Part shown: in pieces, positions 42,207 through 55,126 of the stretch | How the letters are laid out: each line of letters opens with the position of its first letter | Numbering within the stretch: the first letter of the stretch is position 1 | Origin: Octopus bimaculoides | Lineage: Eukaryota | Assembly: GCF_001194135.2 (NCBI RefSeq) | Contig: NC_068994.1 | Location: 53,441,758-53,505,757, forward strand | Direction: 5' to 3' | Length of the DNA: 64,000 nucleotides | Notes under the pieces: model-generated | Databases searched by the model: none | Told to the model about the DNA's origin: nothing | What the model saw: the letters and a program-made list of their open reading frames with translations, nothing else | Made by a program: the position numbers and the translations under genes

Positions 42207-42302
42207 CATATATATATATATTAATCAATAAAATTCCAACCTAGTCTGATTTTCACTGTTCTATATTTTAGAGATGCGGAATTCTGTACATTATTTACAT
42301 TG

Positions 42303-42380
42303 GACAGACATGTGTCCTCGTCTTGTTTGTTGTTACCACAACGTTTCGGCTGATTTACTCTCCACCCTTCATCAGGTGTA
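42303..42380 (-). mobile_element. Third, partial copy of the hammerhead-bearing repeat
   Basis: Minus strand acac-CTGATGA-agggtggagagtaaatcagcc-GAAAC-GTT-gtgg...aacaacaaacaagacgaggaca, same flank as 24119-24185. Confidence 0.7.
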
Positions 42381-42519
42381 CCTTTCATCGTTTCAGGGTC
42401 GATAAAATGAGCACCAGTTGAAAACTGGAGTCGATATAATCGATTAACCCCTCCCCTCAAAATGTTCAAGCTTTGTACCTGTAGTAGAAAGAAGCATTAT
42501 AATTATTGTTGTTGCTATT

Positions 42520-42567
<48 letters not shown>
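42520..42567. repeat. (GTA)n microsatellite
   Basis: gtagtagtag... run. Confidence 0.9.
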
Positions 42568-44061
42568 CAGCAGTAGTATTGAAAGTCAAATTTTGTAGCA
42601 AAGCAGTCAATTCCTTTCTAGACGTTATTATAACTGTGTTATAACCACGGAAAATAAAATAGAAAAGGAGAGGAAAATAAAATACCTAACTCTCAATTCA
42701 AGCCTAGAATACCTAACTTCAAAGAGAAACCATAGGATAGGAAGTAACAACAACACAGCATAATTGACTGATGTTCTGTCAATCTACCTTGTCGGGTTAA
42801 AAGCAAGAAAATACTGATGCTATGCGATATTGTTTTTCGTTTTTGTTCTGTTCTATTGACACTCTTTCTAAGCCAATACGGAGTTGGGTTATTATTTGTG
42901 TTGTTGTTTTTGTTATATCCTGCTTTAGTGTTTACCTTTTAATTCAGCGTTTACTTTTTAACTTTTATACCATATTTTTGTCCGAACTTCAAAAGTGTGA
43001 TGTAGTATTGTTTCATTTATGAAACAATACGAGTGTTTAATAAACTACTGGTGTTTTGTTTCAAAGTTATAATTACCACAGAACATACATCTGCAGATGT
43101 TAGCCAACATTATATATAAAACATCAGGGAAAAAAAGATAGAGAATTAAGCAGCTTCAAAACTTGTTTACTACAGTATTACATTCAAGTTAGATTTCAGT
43201 CCCGACACGTGTTTCTGTTGCATAACTGTCCGAATGTCCTTCGATGTAGCATTTATGTGCTGATTCAGTTGATTCAATTGCAGTGTATATTCATCCAGGG
43301 TAGATGCATCCATGCAGCTTTAGAACACTTATGCAGCAGAAACACACGTCGGGACTGAAATCTAAACATGAATGTAAAGTGAATAATACTGTAATAAACA
43401 AATTTTGCAGATGTATAATTCACTCTTCTTCATGTCTTGAATGTGTGTGCTGTGTGTGTGTGTTTGTGTGTGTGCGTGTGTGTGTACTCTGTTATGCTGT
43501 ATAAGATCTAAGGAAACGAACTCAGGGTTTACCTGTCAAGTGACGTATCATTGTTGTACTTGCTTACCTTAAACAATTTTATGTGTTCCCTATCATTCGA
43601 TGTGGTTAGCCAGAACCTGGATTATATCAGAGTACTGATAACGTGTCTGCCCGGATTCAAAATCCCTATTCCTTTACTTTATATAGATACCGGCCATGAT
43701 GAAATACCACAAGGTATAGAAAATACGTATTCGCCTTTATATATTTATATATATATATATATGCAATGGACTTATTTCAGTCTCCATCTTATCAAACCCA
43801 TTCACAAGACTTTGGTGAACCAAGAGGAGTAACAGACGGCACTTGTACAAGGTGCCTTGCAATGGGACTGAACCTAAAACCACATGGTTGAGGAACGAAC
43901 TTCTTAACCACACAGCCATGCCTGTGCCGATACGTACGTTCTAAGGTACCATGCAGTATTCCCGTTTGACTTTGTTTTGTATTGTTGTTGCTTTTGTTGT
44001 TGCAAAGTATTTTTGTTAACACTTCCCTCATGTTATACAATTGAACCATATGGCAGAGAAG

Positions 44062-44365
44062 AAAGGCACGTGGCTGAGTGGCTAGAGTATTCAGTTCATG
44101 ACCGTAAGGTCCTGACTTTGATTCCTGACAGTACGTTGTGTCTTTGAGCAAAACATTTTATTTCACGTTGTTCCAATCCACTCAGCTGGCAAAATTAGTT
44201 GTACCTGTAATTACAAAAGGGTTTGATCTTATCACATCCTGTCACGCTGAATTTTCCTGAGAACTTCGTTAAGGGCACGCGTGTTTGTGGAGTGCTCAGC
44301 CCCTTGCATGTTAATTTCACAAGCAGGTTGTTGTTGATCAGATCAACTGGAACATTCGTCAGCCA
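44062..44365 (+). mobile_element. tRNA-derived SINE
   Basis: Head gtggctgagtggctagag...tttgattcct; 3' body is the reverse complement of 44575-44740. Confidence 0.72.
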
Positions 44366-44554
44366 ACCAAACGAAAGGAAAATAATCTGAGATTAGCATA
44401 TTTATGTCCTTTGCACAGAAGTGCTTCAAGCCCAACTACAACAGAAATGCAGTGGAAGGCTGTTGTAAGGCTTGAAATCATAACCGTGTGGTCTATTTTA
44501 GTCTCACAGTTTTAATCAGACAACCAGCATATGTTAGTTTATGAGCTGCTTATT

Positions 44555-44937
44555 GTGGCACTCCGTCGGTTACGACGACGAGGGTTCCAATTGATCCGAT
44601 CAACGGAACAGCCTGCTTGTGAAATTAACGTGCAAGTGGCTGAGCACTCCACAGACACGTGTACCCTTAACGTAGTTCTCGGGGAGATTCAGCGTGACAC
44701 AGAGTGTGATAAGGCTGACCCTTTGAATTACAGGCACAACAGAAACAGGAAGAAGGAGTGAGAGAAATTTGTGGTGAAAGAGTACAGCAGGGTTCGCCAC
44801 CATCCCCTGCCGGAGCCTCGTGGAGCTTTTAGGTGTTTTCGCTCAATAAATACTCACAACGCCCGGTCTGGGAATCGAAACCGCGATCCTATGACCGCGA
44901 GTCCGCTGCCCTAACCACTGGGCCATTGCGCCTCCAC
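44555..44937 (-). mobile_element. tRNA-derived SINE with well-preserved Pol III boxes
   Basis: Minus strand gtggaggcgcaatggcccagtggttagggcagcggactcgcggtcataggatcgcggtttcgattccc: A box tggcccagtgg, B box gtttcgattcc; continues into SINE body with no tRNA 3' acceptor end. Confidence 0.82.
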
Positions 44938-44959
44938 TGACTCATGATATCTTCGTTTT

Positions 44960-45004
<45 letters not shown>

Positions 45005-45187
45005 TACATATATATATATACACACACACATATATATGTATACACACACACACACATGTATAAACACAAACACACATATATATTATAAGAATATAAAACC
45101 TCTGCATATCTTTTTCTCCAAAGAAGGACAAGTGAACAAAACATTAGAATTTCATTCTTCCAATCAAATTAACTGGCAGTAATTTTC

Positions 45188-45220
<33 letters not shown>

Positions 45221-45758
45221 CCTTTAAACTTTTATAGATTAACTTTGACAGGAGTAGTCTACAATCAGTTTCCTTGGATTCTGCAATATTCTTACCTCAT
45301 CGTCCAGCAGACAACAATATTCTTCTCGTAACAAGCCACCCAACCATTGTTATTAGACACCACTCCAATTTCATGGTTGGGTGATTATCAACCAAAACGA
45401 TGTCCTTATGTCATGCTATTTACATTTGCTATGATACGGCATATTCAAACGTCCAAAATAGAAATAATAAAAGACACACAAACACATACATACACACATA
45501 GACACACACGCTCGTGCATTCACACACACACACACATGCACACAAACGAACACACATACATGCACACAAACGAACACACATACATGCACACACACACACA
45601 CACATGTACATGCACACACAACCATGTCAGTGTGTAGAAACACACAAAATCCTCTTGAAAATATAAAGAAAACATTTGACAGTTGATATTTGAATGCACA
45701 TTGAAATGACACTTTATGTAAATGTGTATATGGGATGAGTGTGTGTGTGTGAGAGAGT

Positions 45759-45793
<35 letters not shown>

Positions 45794-46075
45794 CACGCGT
45801 GCCCTGTGTGCCTATGTACGTGTGGAAGAAAGTTTCATTGTATACTGGTGGCGATGGGTCACTTTGTGCGAGATTCAATGGGAATGCATAAAACTTGTAC
45901 CCATATGTGTGTATGTGAAAATTTGTCGACATATGGGTGTGCATAAAGATGCATGCATACTGGAATGTGCAGAGATATATAGTGTGTACGCATATATGCA
46001 TGAATGCATGTACATACATACATGTGTACATACATATATATGTATACAAAAACACACCCATACATTTTATATGCA

Positions 46076-46123
<48 letters not shown>

Positions 46124-46203
46124 TACACACACAGATATATGTAAACGTGTATGTTTGTATGTGTGTTTATATGTTTGTGTATATGTCTATCTTTTGACAA
46201 ATA

Positions 46204-46241
<38 letters not shown>

Positions 46242-46435
46242 GATATATATATATATATAAGTAAATATGTGAGTGTGTGTGCATGTACATGCACACATAT
46301 GCATGTAAATATATATAAATGTATTTATGTATGCACTTATGCATAAATGTATATAAGCAGTATGTGCATGAATGTGCATGTGTGTGTGTGTGTGTGCATG
46401 TATGTGTGTGTGCATGTATGTGTGTNNNNNNNNNN

Positions 46436-46478
<43 letters not shown>

Positions 46479-46491
46479 CATTGTAAAGTGT

Positions 46492-46674
46492 TCATTTTTT
46501 GAAATACATTGGTGGTAAAGGTGGTACTGGGTTTAGCTTTTCATCATGGACTGGTGATCCCGGTAAGTGTTCCAGACGACATTGGTTCTGTTGTAAAGTG
46601 GAAGAAACCTGTATCTGCTGTAAGCTGGGGGCACTGGTGTATTTGCGGGGAGGAGGTTCTGATCTTGCCTTGGT
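46492..46674 (-). CDS. FAM184A: FAM184A-like last coding exon (TKARSEPPP...RLEHLPGSPVHDEKLNPVPPLPPMYFKK*)
   Basis: Acceptor ttatttctgttgcag; TGA at 46492-46494. RLEHLPGSPVHD resembles FAM184A RLDPIPNSPVHD. Confidence 0.8.
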   Translation of the reverse strand, partial: TKARSEPPPRKYTSAPSLQQIQVSSTLQQNQCRLEHLPGSPVHDEKLNPVPPLPPMYFKK

Positions 46675-47319
46675 CTGCAACAGAAATAACAAAACACTAT
46701 TAATGGTTTTTCCCGACAGCATAATTAACTGTAATTAGCTTTTTAATGCTCCCGGCATTAAATACGATATCACTGACATTTAAATGTGCGAGGGCGTGTG
46801 TATGTGTGTGTGTGTATCTGTGTGCATTCGTGTATGTATGTATGTATGTGTGTATTTATGTATGTATGTATGTGTGTATGTATACAGGGTGTTCAGGCTA
46901 AATGTGATGATCTCTTATTTCTCCTTTTTGTGGGAACAGCTTGCTGTATTGGTGGACAATTAACAGCGTTGGAGAGCATAAAGATTGAAGTTGTAGTTGA
47001 GAAAAGGTTAGCTGACATAGAGGACTGGAAGCCATTTGAATATAGGGAAAGAATTACCTGTATCAAGGTGATGCTGAACCACTAAGTTATGGGGGATGTA
47101 AACACTCTAACACTGATTGTCAAGCAGAGATAGGAGTATACACAAAGACACACACACATACGCATGCACACACACACACACACACACATATTCCGTTTAC
47201 CAAATTCACTCACAAGGCTTTGGTTGGCCTGAGGCTATAATAGAAGATACTCAAGGTGGCACACAGTGGGACTGAACCTGGAACCATGTAGTTGAGAAAC
47301 AAATTTCTTACCACACAAC

Positions 47320-47846
47320 NNNNNNNNNNNNNNNNNNNNNNNNNNNNNNNNNNNNNNNNNNNNNNNNNNNNNNNNNNNNNNNNNNNNNNNNNNNNNNNNN
47401 NNNNNNNNNNNNNNNNNNNNNNNNNNNNNNNNNNNNNNNNNNNNNNNNNNNNNNNNNNNNNNNNNNNNNNNNNNNNNNNNNNNNNNNNNNNNNNNNNNNN
47501 NNNNNNNNNNNNNNNNNNNNNNNNNNNNNNNNNNNNNNNNNNNNNNNNNNNNNNNNNNNNNNNNNNNNNNNNNNNNNNNNNNNNNNNNNNNNNNNNNNNN
47601 NNNNNNNNNNNNNNNNNNNNNNNNNNNNNNNNNNNNNNNNNNNNNNNNNNNNNNNNNNNNNNNNNNNNNNNNNNNNNNNNNNNNNNNNNNNNNNNNNNNN
47701 NNNNNNNNNNNNNNNNNNNNNNNNNNNNNNNNNNNNNNNNNNNNNNNNNNNNNNNNNNNNNNNNNNNNNNNNNNNNNNNNNNNNNNNNNNNNNNNNNNNN
47801 NNNNNNNNNNNNNNNNNNNNNNNNNNNNNNNNNNNNNNNNNNNNNN
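47320..47846. other. Assembly gap interrupting a FAM184A-like exon
   Basis: N-run. Other gaps: 11003-11114, 13328-14083, 15659-15875, 28204-28568, 30455-30464, 46426-46435, 49505-49514, 57400-57874, 58462-58990, 60848-61199. Confidence 0.99.
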
Positions 47847-47944
47847 GCTCTTTATTATGAATCTCATCACGCAAATGGTGTATTTCTTCAAGGTCTTCCG
47901 GACGAGACTCTCGATTTGAGTATTTCTCTTCAGCTTTTACCAGT
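47847..47944 (-). CDS. FAM184A: FAM184A-like internal exon, truncated by N-gap (LVKAEEKYSNRESRPEDLEEIHHLRDEIHNKE...)
   Basis: Acceptor ttttcttttataaattag, phase 2 matches the previous exon. EEKYSNRESRPEDL matches FAM184A EEKYLMRESKPEDI from recalled family knowledge. The 3' end lies in gap 47320-47846. Confidence 0.85.
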
Positions 47945-48874
47945 CTAATTTATAAAAGAAAAAAAATCAAATTCAGATATATGAGAACCTTCCATATCGG
48001 CTTCTCTCTATTTTCACTCGGCTCAAATGCACTGCATGAAAACTACTTTCCCTCATCATATTATGTGGTAATGACAAATTAGAGAGACAAACCACATCCC
48101 TGCCCAAGTTAGAGACATATGTTTGTGAATTTCTAAGTAGAAATATTTCCAAGGAAATGGAAAGGAAAAGTACAACAACTTGGGATCACGCACTGGATTA
48201 TTAATCTTACCCAGGGACAAACTACAGTCAGAGGTCATTTCTTGTGTATACTTCCTTTTAAATTTATAGTGAAGTAAGATGGTTGAACATTCAAAACCTA
48301 ATATCTCTGGTCCAATAATAATAACTGAGGCAAAGGCCTGAAATAAGTACCAGTGCTCAACTGGTACTTATTTTATAGATTTAAATTCATGAACTGTTTT
48401 TGCCCTCATCGTTGAGAAGCAAGCATCCTCAGCATCAACAATCAGAACCCAGATGTATACAAGTGATTGTATGTATGTATGTATGTATGTATGGATGCAT
48501 GGATGTATGTATGTATGGATGCATGGATGCATGCATGCATGGATGGATGGATGATGTATGTGCATGTGCAGGCGCATATGTATATGTTTAATAAATACTG
48601 CAAGTAGTGTTCGTGAGTGAATCGTAAGAGAAAATAGACAGAAAGGGATTTAATTCAATATATTTCATTGAAAAAGAACAAACAGAAATAAAGTCCTGGA
48701 TAATAGACAATAATAAAATGGATCTTTTTAAAAAGATGGTAAAAAATGTCAGTTGAAACTAATTTGTGGAAATAGAAAAAAAAAAATCAATTTTCAAGGG
48801 AAATAATTCCCATGACTTTTATGACACTGTTATAATTGTCTCCCTTACACTATGAGGCTACACGCATACACAGA

Positions 48875-48906
<32 letters not shown>

Positions 48907-49473
48907 TACTTCCTCGTTGATTTCACGAAACGTACATTACAGTTATACAAACATTCTATGGCTAAGTATTCCATAGACGCTTCTATTAGTAACGTAAGCC
49001 TCTCAAGCACTCATAACATGACGTGACAATGTGCGACACAGCTAACCATTTTGGAGTCAGTCAATCCGACAGGCCTCTACATTTTCTGTCCGTCCAGGCG
49101 AGAAATTTAGAAATAAATGACCGGAGGGATGTGACCTACGACATGTTACATTCCACGGGCTTGAAAATTAATGAAACTCTTAATTTATTTCTTCATTGTT
49201 TTCGATATAAATCAACAATAAATATATTTTAATCTACAAATACTGTTCACGAAAATTTACAACTGGTTATCTTGAACCATTAGCTTGTTTCAGTCTTTGG
49301 ATTGTGGCCATGCTGGAACATCGCTTTGATGGGTTTAGTCGAACAAATCGACCCCAGGATTTATTCTTTTTTATGTTTGGTGCTTTTATCAATCCTCTAT
49401 GTCACGAAGACGTTAACAACCAACATCAGTCGTTAGGCATATAATGTGTGTGTGTGTGTGTGTTTGTATACGC

Positions 49474-49504
<31 letters not shown>

Positions 49505-49780
49505 NNNNNNNNNNATATCAGTCTATATTTAGATAACCAGGAATGAGGATAAGCCGTGTTGGGTTTTTCCCCACTGTAAAACTGAAAGACAGCATAACAC
49601 AGGGACTTGCCTTCGCATGTACAAAAGACTCCTATTTCACTTACACCTGCGGCTATAGCAGAAGACACTTGCTCAAATTGAAGTCCATTCCAAGAACTGC
49701 GTGATTTCAAGACAAAACTTTTAGCCCCATATGCATATCCATATCTCCCTTACATACCGCAGCCCAACTTTATCACTTAC

Positions 49781-49927
49781 TCGCTGTTCAGAGATGTTAT
49801 TTTCGTTGTCATCAATTCTTGGGTCCGACTGAATTCTGTTACCATTTTCTGCATTTCATGGACATAATCTTCCTCAATATTTTCTAACTCTTGTTTCTTA
49901 ACTGTATCGAAGTGTTCTTTTAATTCT
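49781..49927 (-). CDS. FAM184A: FAM184A-like internal exon (ELKEHFDTVK...EFSRTQELMTTKITSLNS)
   Basis: Not in the ORF track; read manually. Acceptor aatttttctacag, donor GA/gtaagt; 147 nt, phase 2 to 2. EFSRTQELMTTKI resembles the FAM184 DFNKTNELLKEI block as I recall it. Confidence 0.85.
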
Positions 49928-50123
49928 CTGTAGAAAAATTGTTTAAAGGGTAAAAAATAACAGACAATACACCACCACCGTTGTCACATCATCATCATCA
50001 AGATCATCATCATTATATTCATTGGATTTTTAAATGCAGGCAGAGGGATATTGCTCACCAATAGACATATTGTATGTGTATGAGCATGCATGCATATACA
50101 CACACACACCCAAACACAAACAC

Positions 50124-50154
<31 letters not shown>

Positions 50155-50404
50155 TACACACGTACATACATACATACATACATACATACATACATACATA
50201 CATACATTCATTCATTTATGTACAACCAACTCAATATCAACAACATGGCTTTATTGACAAAAGTAAACCAGTTTCTTCAAATTAGCCAGCTTCAGTAGCC
50301 AAAGACCAAAATTATTAAATGTCTGGTCACATTTGAGACATCAATGAGAAAATATCTTCCTAAAAGCAAGACTCTACAAAGGAACATTACATTGATTAAT
50401 AAAT

Positions 50405-50627
50405 CATTTAGCATTCAGATTACTCTGGTCAAATGTAATGGTTATTTATTCACATTGCTTTGAAATAACCATACACTGTCCTGTAGTTTTGAGATTTCGA
50501 TGACACAATTGCTTATTTTTAGAAAGTCACTGGATGCTAGGTGTTAGATGCCAGATCTGGCCAGTTTGAACATAAAACAGGTGGAATATTTGAGCTTGAT
50601 GTGGCCAGTTTAAATGCTAAGGGTTAA
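50405..50627 (-). mobile_element. piggyBac-like MITE (same family as 668-820)
   Basis: Ends aatgctaagggttaa (TTAA at 50624-27); left end tttagcatt is the inverted counterpart. Confidence 0.6.
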
Positions 50628-51274
50628 GTAGCTATCTATTATCATCAGAGATGTGATTTCTGACACCAATTCCACAAGGGATGAATTCTTCAAGTTGAAA
50701 AACATTTCTCTGACTTGTTTCCCAGAATCGAGGGTATTGCATTTCTCTGGTTTCAACAATGAACGATGGACTTCAACAATGACTTGAGCCATTGATGTAC
50801 TTTTCCCATTTCCCACAGCCAACATCTGTGAATTTAAGTAGGCCCACATTAAGTCCAAGACTAGAAACCAGTTTGTTCCAAGCTCAGATATGAAGCTCTG
50901 TCAAAGTCTAAACGACACATCAAAAACCTGGAGGTAACAAAACAATTACATCCCTTCCCCTAGAGTTCAGGCAATAGCATCAATAAGGACTGCTACAATA
51001 AGGACTGTACTAGAATTATAAAAGACACAATTTTATTTTGGGATAATTTGGAACCTGTGACAGCTAAAAATAGGAATAAAACTATTAATGCAGTTGCTTG
51101 ATCTGCTAGAAATAGAAGCCAAATTTCACTTAATTTACACCCTCCTGTCTTAATGGGGTGGGGTGGGTAGAATCAGACAGTATAGTCTTCAATACACACT
51201 GCCTGAAATAAAGATGGATAAATCATTCAGCAGTCATTAAACATCAATCAAAAATCAACAGTGTCCAAACATAC

Positions 51275-51459
51275 ATCTTTTCTTGGCTGAAGAATTCCCT
51301 CATATGTTCTTGTTTCTCTTTCTCTTCATTCACATTGACCATTAGTTCTGCAATGGTCTCCTTCAATTTCTTCTTTTCTTCTTCTATGGCAAAGAATTGC
51401 TTCTCTTGGCAGTCAATCTTGTTTTTCAGTTCTGACATAACCACCTGATGATCCCGATC
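51275..51459 (-). CDS. FAM184A: FAM184A-like internal exon (DRDHQVVMSE...FFSQEK)
   Basis: Acceptor tttccattctgtag, donor AT/gtatgt; 185 nt, phase 0 to 2. Confidence 0.83.
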
Positions 51460-51932
51460 CTACAGAATGGAAAGTGATACAGAAGAACTTATAAGACTGC
51501 AAATGGTGATCAAGGACTGACACAACCTATAAGAAGAAACCTTTTCTCTGAATCAATGATGAGTCAACCAAGTGGAACACATTCTCCAAGAACAAGACCC
51601 TGAAGCCTAATGAAATATTTTTTTTAATTTTGAGGCTCATCCTGACCATTTACAGCAGTGGTTCTAAACCAGGGTCCCTGTGGCCCTTGGGGGGGGGGGG
51701 GTCATATAAGATTTTATCGTTAAAATTTACATAAACTGGTAATACTCCTACAATACACAAAACATTCTAACAATTTTCTATACAGTTCCTTGCCTAAGAA
51801 CACAACAGCATGTGTCCCAGACCAGGAGTCAAAGCTATGACTTTATGATGTAAAGGAAGGGCTCAGTTGCTTAATCACTAGGTGACATGCCTTCTCACAT
51901 GTAGCCAACCCAATAAACCTGCTTCTGCTAAC

Positions 51933-52060
51933 CTTCTGTTTGCTTGTCTGTAGTATTTTTTGCAGTTCTTCTTTCAGCCGTGATATTTCTTTCAAGTGAC
52001 ACTCCAGTTGCAAAGAGATTTCATTCCGGTGCTTCTGATACAGGTCTTCTTGTAAACACT
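51933..52060 (-). CDS. FAM184A: FAM184A-like internal exon (CLQEDLYQKH...QTSKQK)
   Basis: Acceptor tgtatgtattcaacag, donor AAG/gttagc; 128 nt, phase 1 to 0; G+AG gives Glu across the junction. Confidence 0.8.
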
Positions 52061-55058
52061 CTGTTGAATACATACAAATAAAGAGAACTGTGTCAGGTGA
52101 CCATGAAATGACCAGCTTTACACAACAACAATAACAACAACAACAACAGGCATCACCTTGCAGGAGCACCAACTCCAACCATCACTAACACCTGTAACAG
52201 AGCTTCTACGTGGTCTCCCAACCTGCAAGAAATAACAGCCAAATCTACTTCAAATTACACAGGGTTGTCTTATTTGAAGGACACTTTGATTGATGTAGTC
52301 CTTAATGTGTTTTATCTGAGAAAAAATGGGATGGTCACAGCCAGAGCAGTTTTGATCAGAAGTTTGCTCTTTCAGAGCTGACCTTGGGTTAAACAATAAC
52401 AACTTGTAGGTCATCAGACACCAATAATTTTAGAAAGGCTCTGGTCTATTTTAGCCACCATCATAGTTAAAAGGGACAAGAATGAGGCAGGGTCTGTTTC
52501 AAGCAACATCATTTAGTTGTAGGGAGCAGAAAACACAAGCTTTAGCAACATTATTCATCTTAACAAAGAGGACTTCTTTTTCATTTCTTTCCAATCAAAC
52601 TTTGTTGTTGTTGTTGTTTTTCAGCTTCCAAGTCTGCTATGATGATCAATCAGAACCATATTCAAGGGTGTTCCAACCATGACCATCCTGCATTATGTAT
52701 TTCTGAGACTACATCCTTCTTAATTTTTCAAGGCGACAGAGTGTGGGTCAAAGAAAATTTAGCTGCTATCTCTAGCTAGTTGAGAGACTACTTCAACACT
52801 CCCTCACTAAATCGTGGTAGTAGTGGTGGTGGTGGTGGTGGTCACCGTTGTCATATCTGGTGTGGCAGTGCTTATCAAAACACATTAAACAATGACACTT
52901 TGATAGTTGATATTTCTCCTTAATTTTTATGTTTTATGTTTGTTGTTTAGATCTTTATTTTCCTCAATTATCTCCGCAGCATTTTACGTTCTGACTACTC
53001 AAAAGACCAATCCTGATTGAAATCTCTAATGATGATGTCAGATATCAGAAATTTTACATCAGTAACCGAGTTATGAACTGAATCTTCATCCTTAAAGCAA
53101 TACCAATGTCATTATCAGTTCATCGGTTTTTTTTCCCCATACAGGGATTGGCTTTTAATATCTCCAATACAGATCTATTCCTCTTTCCTTGTTCCTGTTT
53201 CATCACAATGATAAGTACTAACGTACTAAGTTGTAGCTTCACCCTACCTTTTCCCTTCTAGATCTTTCTTATCTACCAGACCACCGTCCACCAGTGATCT
53301 CATACTCCATTGAAACGTGATTCAGTGCATACGCCTTTACTAAATCATTCACCATGCAAGACATGGCATTAAAATCTCCCTCAAATCACAGCTTAGTGTT
53401 TTTAAAGGAGGCAAGTACACACTGGACAATATAATCATTGATGCCTCTAAAAAGATGGGATGGTCACAGTAGGAATGCCTTTAAACATAGGTTTGTTCAA
53501 TCAGGCTTGACCTGGGGCTACAACAACTCACAATGAACTAATGAGGAACCTTCATGTTGTCACTCAATCTGCTAAAAATAGCAACCAAAATCCCCCTCAA
53601 ATTATATGTAACTTGCTTAAAAGAGAATGACACGTTGGATAATGTAGATAATGTGAAAAAGGATGAGATGGCCACAGCTGGAGTACTTTTGCACTTAGTT
53701 CTGCTCAGAGCCAACATAATGTTAAGCAGTAATATCAACTCACAATATATTTCCCTAGAAGTAGCAACCAAATTACCTTCAAATCACATACAACCTATTT
53801 TAAAATAGTGTCTAAAAGTTGTAGCTACACATGTGTGTGTGTGTGTCTACATGTTTGAATCTCTTGATATACAGTATCTCACAGAAGTATGTAAACCCTT
53901 AAAATATTTCAGTAAAATTGCCATTTCTCTGATAATATTGAAGGAAATCAAACGAAATTTATACTGAATAAAATATATTATACATGCAAACATTATACAA
54001 ATTTGGAATACAAAACAATAAACATTTTCAAAGATATGAACGAAATATTAATTCTTAAACGATACAAAAATATGTACACTCTAAAGGGTTATTTGCAATA
54101 TTCAATATTGGGTGTGACCACTCTTGCTTTCAATTCTGGACATAGAATCAGCTAAATTTCTGCATATAGCCGAAACTTGTCTACAAGGAGTATGCCTACA
54201 CCACCTAGTTTGTCACTGTTACCTTCCCAGAAGATTTTATACCTATGCGCCTTGCCTGTGAGGACTCTGGCTGAAGTTCCTCTCTACCTTACCTCTTGTA
54301 TGCAGCATACATCAACACGTCTTCGTTCAAGCATCTCTACAATCTCACTCGACCTACCTTTCAATGTGCCTACTCTAAAAACTGGGAAAGGGATGTGGGA
54401 GGAAACAAGGGAAGGAGAAATGTTATTCAGTGTCCGAAAAGAAGGTTTCCATGTTTATTTGACAGACCTGCTACACCGGTTGTTCTTGCTTTTAACCTAT
54501 TGTCATTCAAATGTTCAAGTGTGTTAAAACTGTTGCCCCTACTGGAGGTAAAAGTAAATATTTGCGGCATTGTAAGTATAAGTGTTATGAGCATTGTAAA
54601 TATAAGCATTACTGGTGCTGCAGATACGAATATCAATATACCTATGTTAGATTAAATAGGCTGCTATCTGGTTGGGTTAGCCCCAGGATAGAGAGGTTGG
54701 GGGCGAGATTGCAGGTATGGTAGAGGAGACCACCAGTACTGGAGGGGATTTCCGGTGAGAGAAGCGAGATTTCCAGTATTGGTAGGAATGGGCAGGAACG
54801 TCGCAAACAAGGAAGGATTATTTTAGAGATAATACAAAAATATTTAGCCAACATGAAAACACAGGGAGAAAAACAACTCAGGTCTTAGAGATTTTAATTT
54901 GGGAAGTTACAGGAAGAACTAAGGAGAAAAACTAAGCCTGAGAGTGATTCCGATTTGGAAGTTATATTGCTGAGTCAATTTAAATAATTAGTTTATGAAA
55001 GTACATATTAGCAATAATGCAGGTTAGAAGAATGAAAGAATGAAGCAATCAAAAAATG

Positions 55059-55126
55059 AGAGAATATCTTGGCTTAGAGAATATCTTGGCATAGAGAATA
55101 TCTTGGCTTAGAGAATATCTTGGCTT
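55059..55126. repeat. 17-bp minisatellite, 4 copies (agagaatatcttggctt)
   Basis: Units at 55059, 55076, 55093 and 55110; one substitution in unit 2. Confidence 0.95.

Noticed and set aside
44860-44937. tRNA gene candidate
   Set aside because: A and B boxes are present but the sequence runs into a SINE body without an acceptor-stem 3' strand; it is a SINE head.
48368-48577. Possible exon between the 49781 and 47944 exons
   Set aside because: Mostly microsatellite-derived, has no FAM184-like motif, and the flanking exons join directly in phase 2.
50610-50858. 82-aa minus-strand ORF inside a FAM184A-like intron as an extra exon
   Set aside because: The best acceptor gives a stop in the required phase, and the flanking exons already join in phase.
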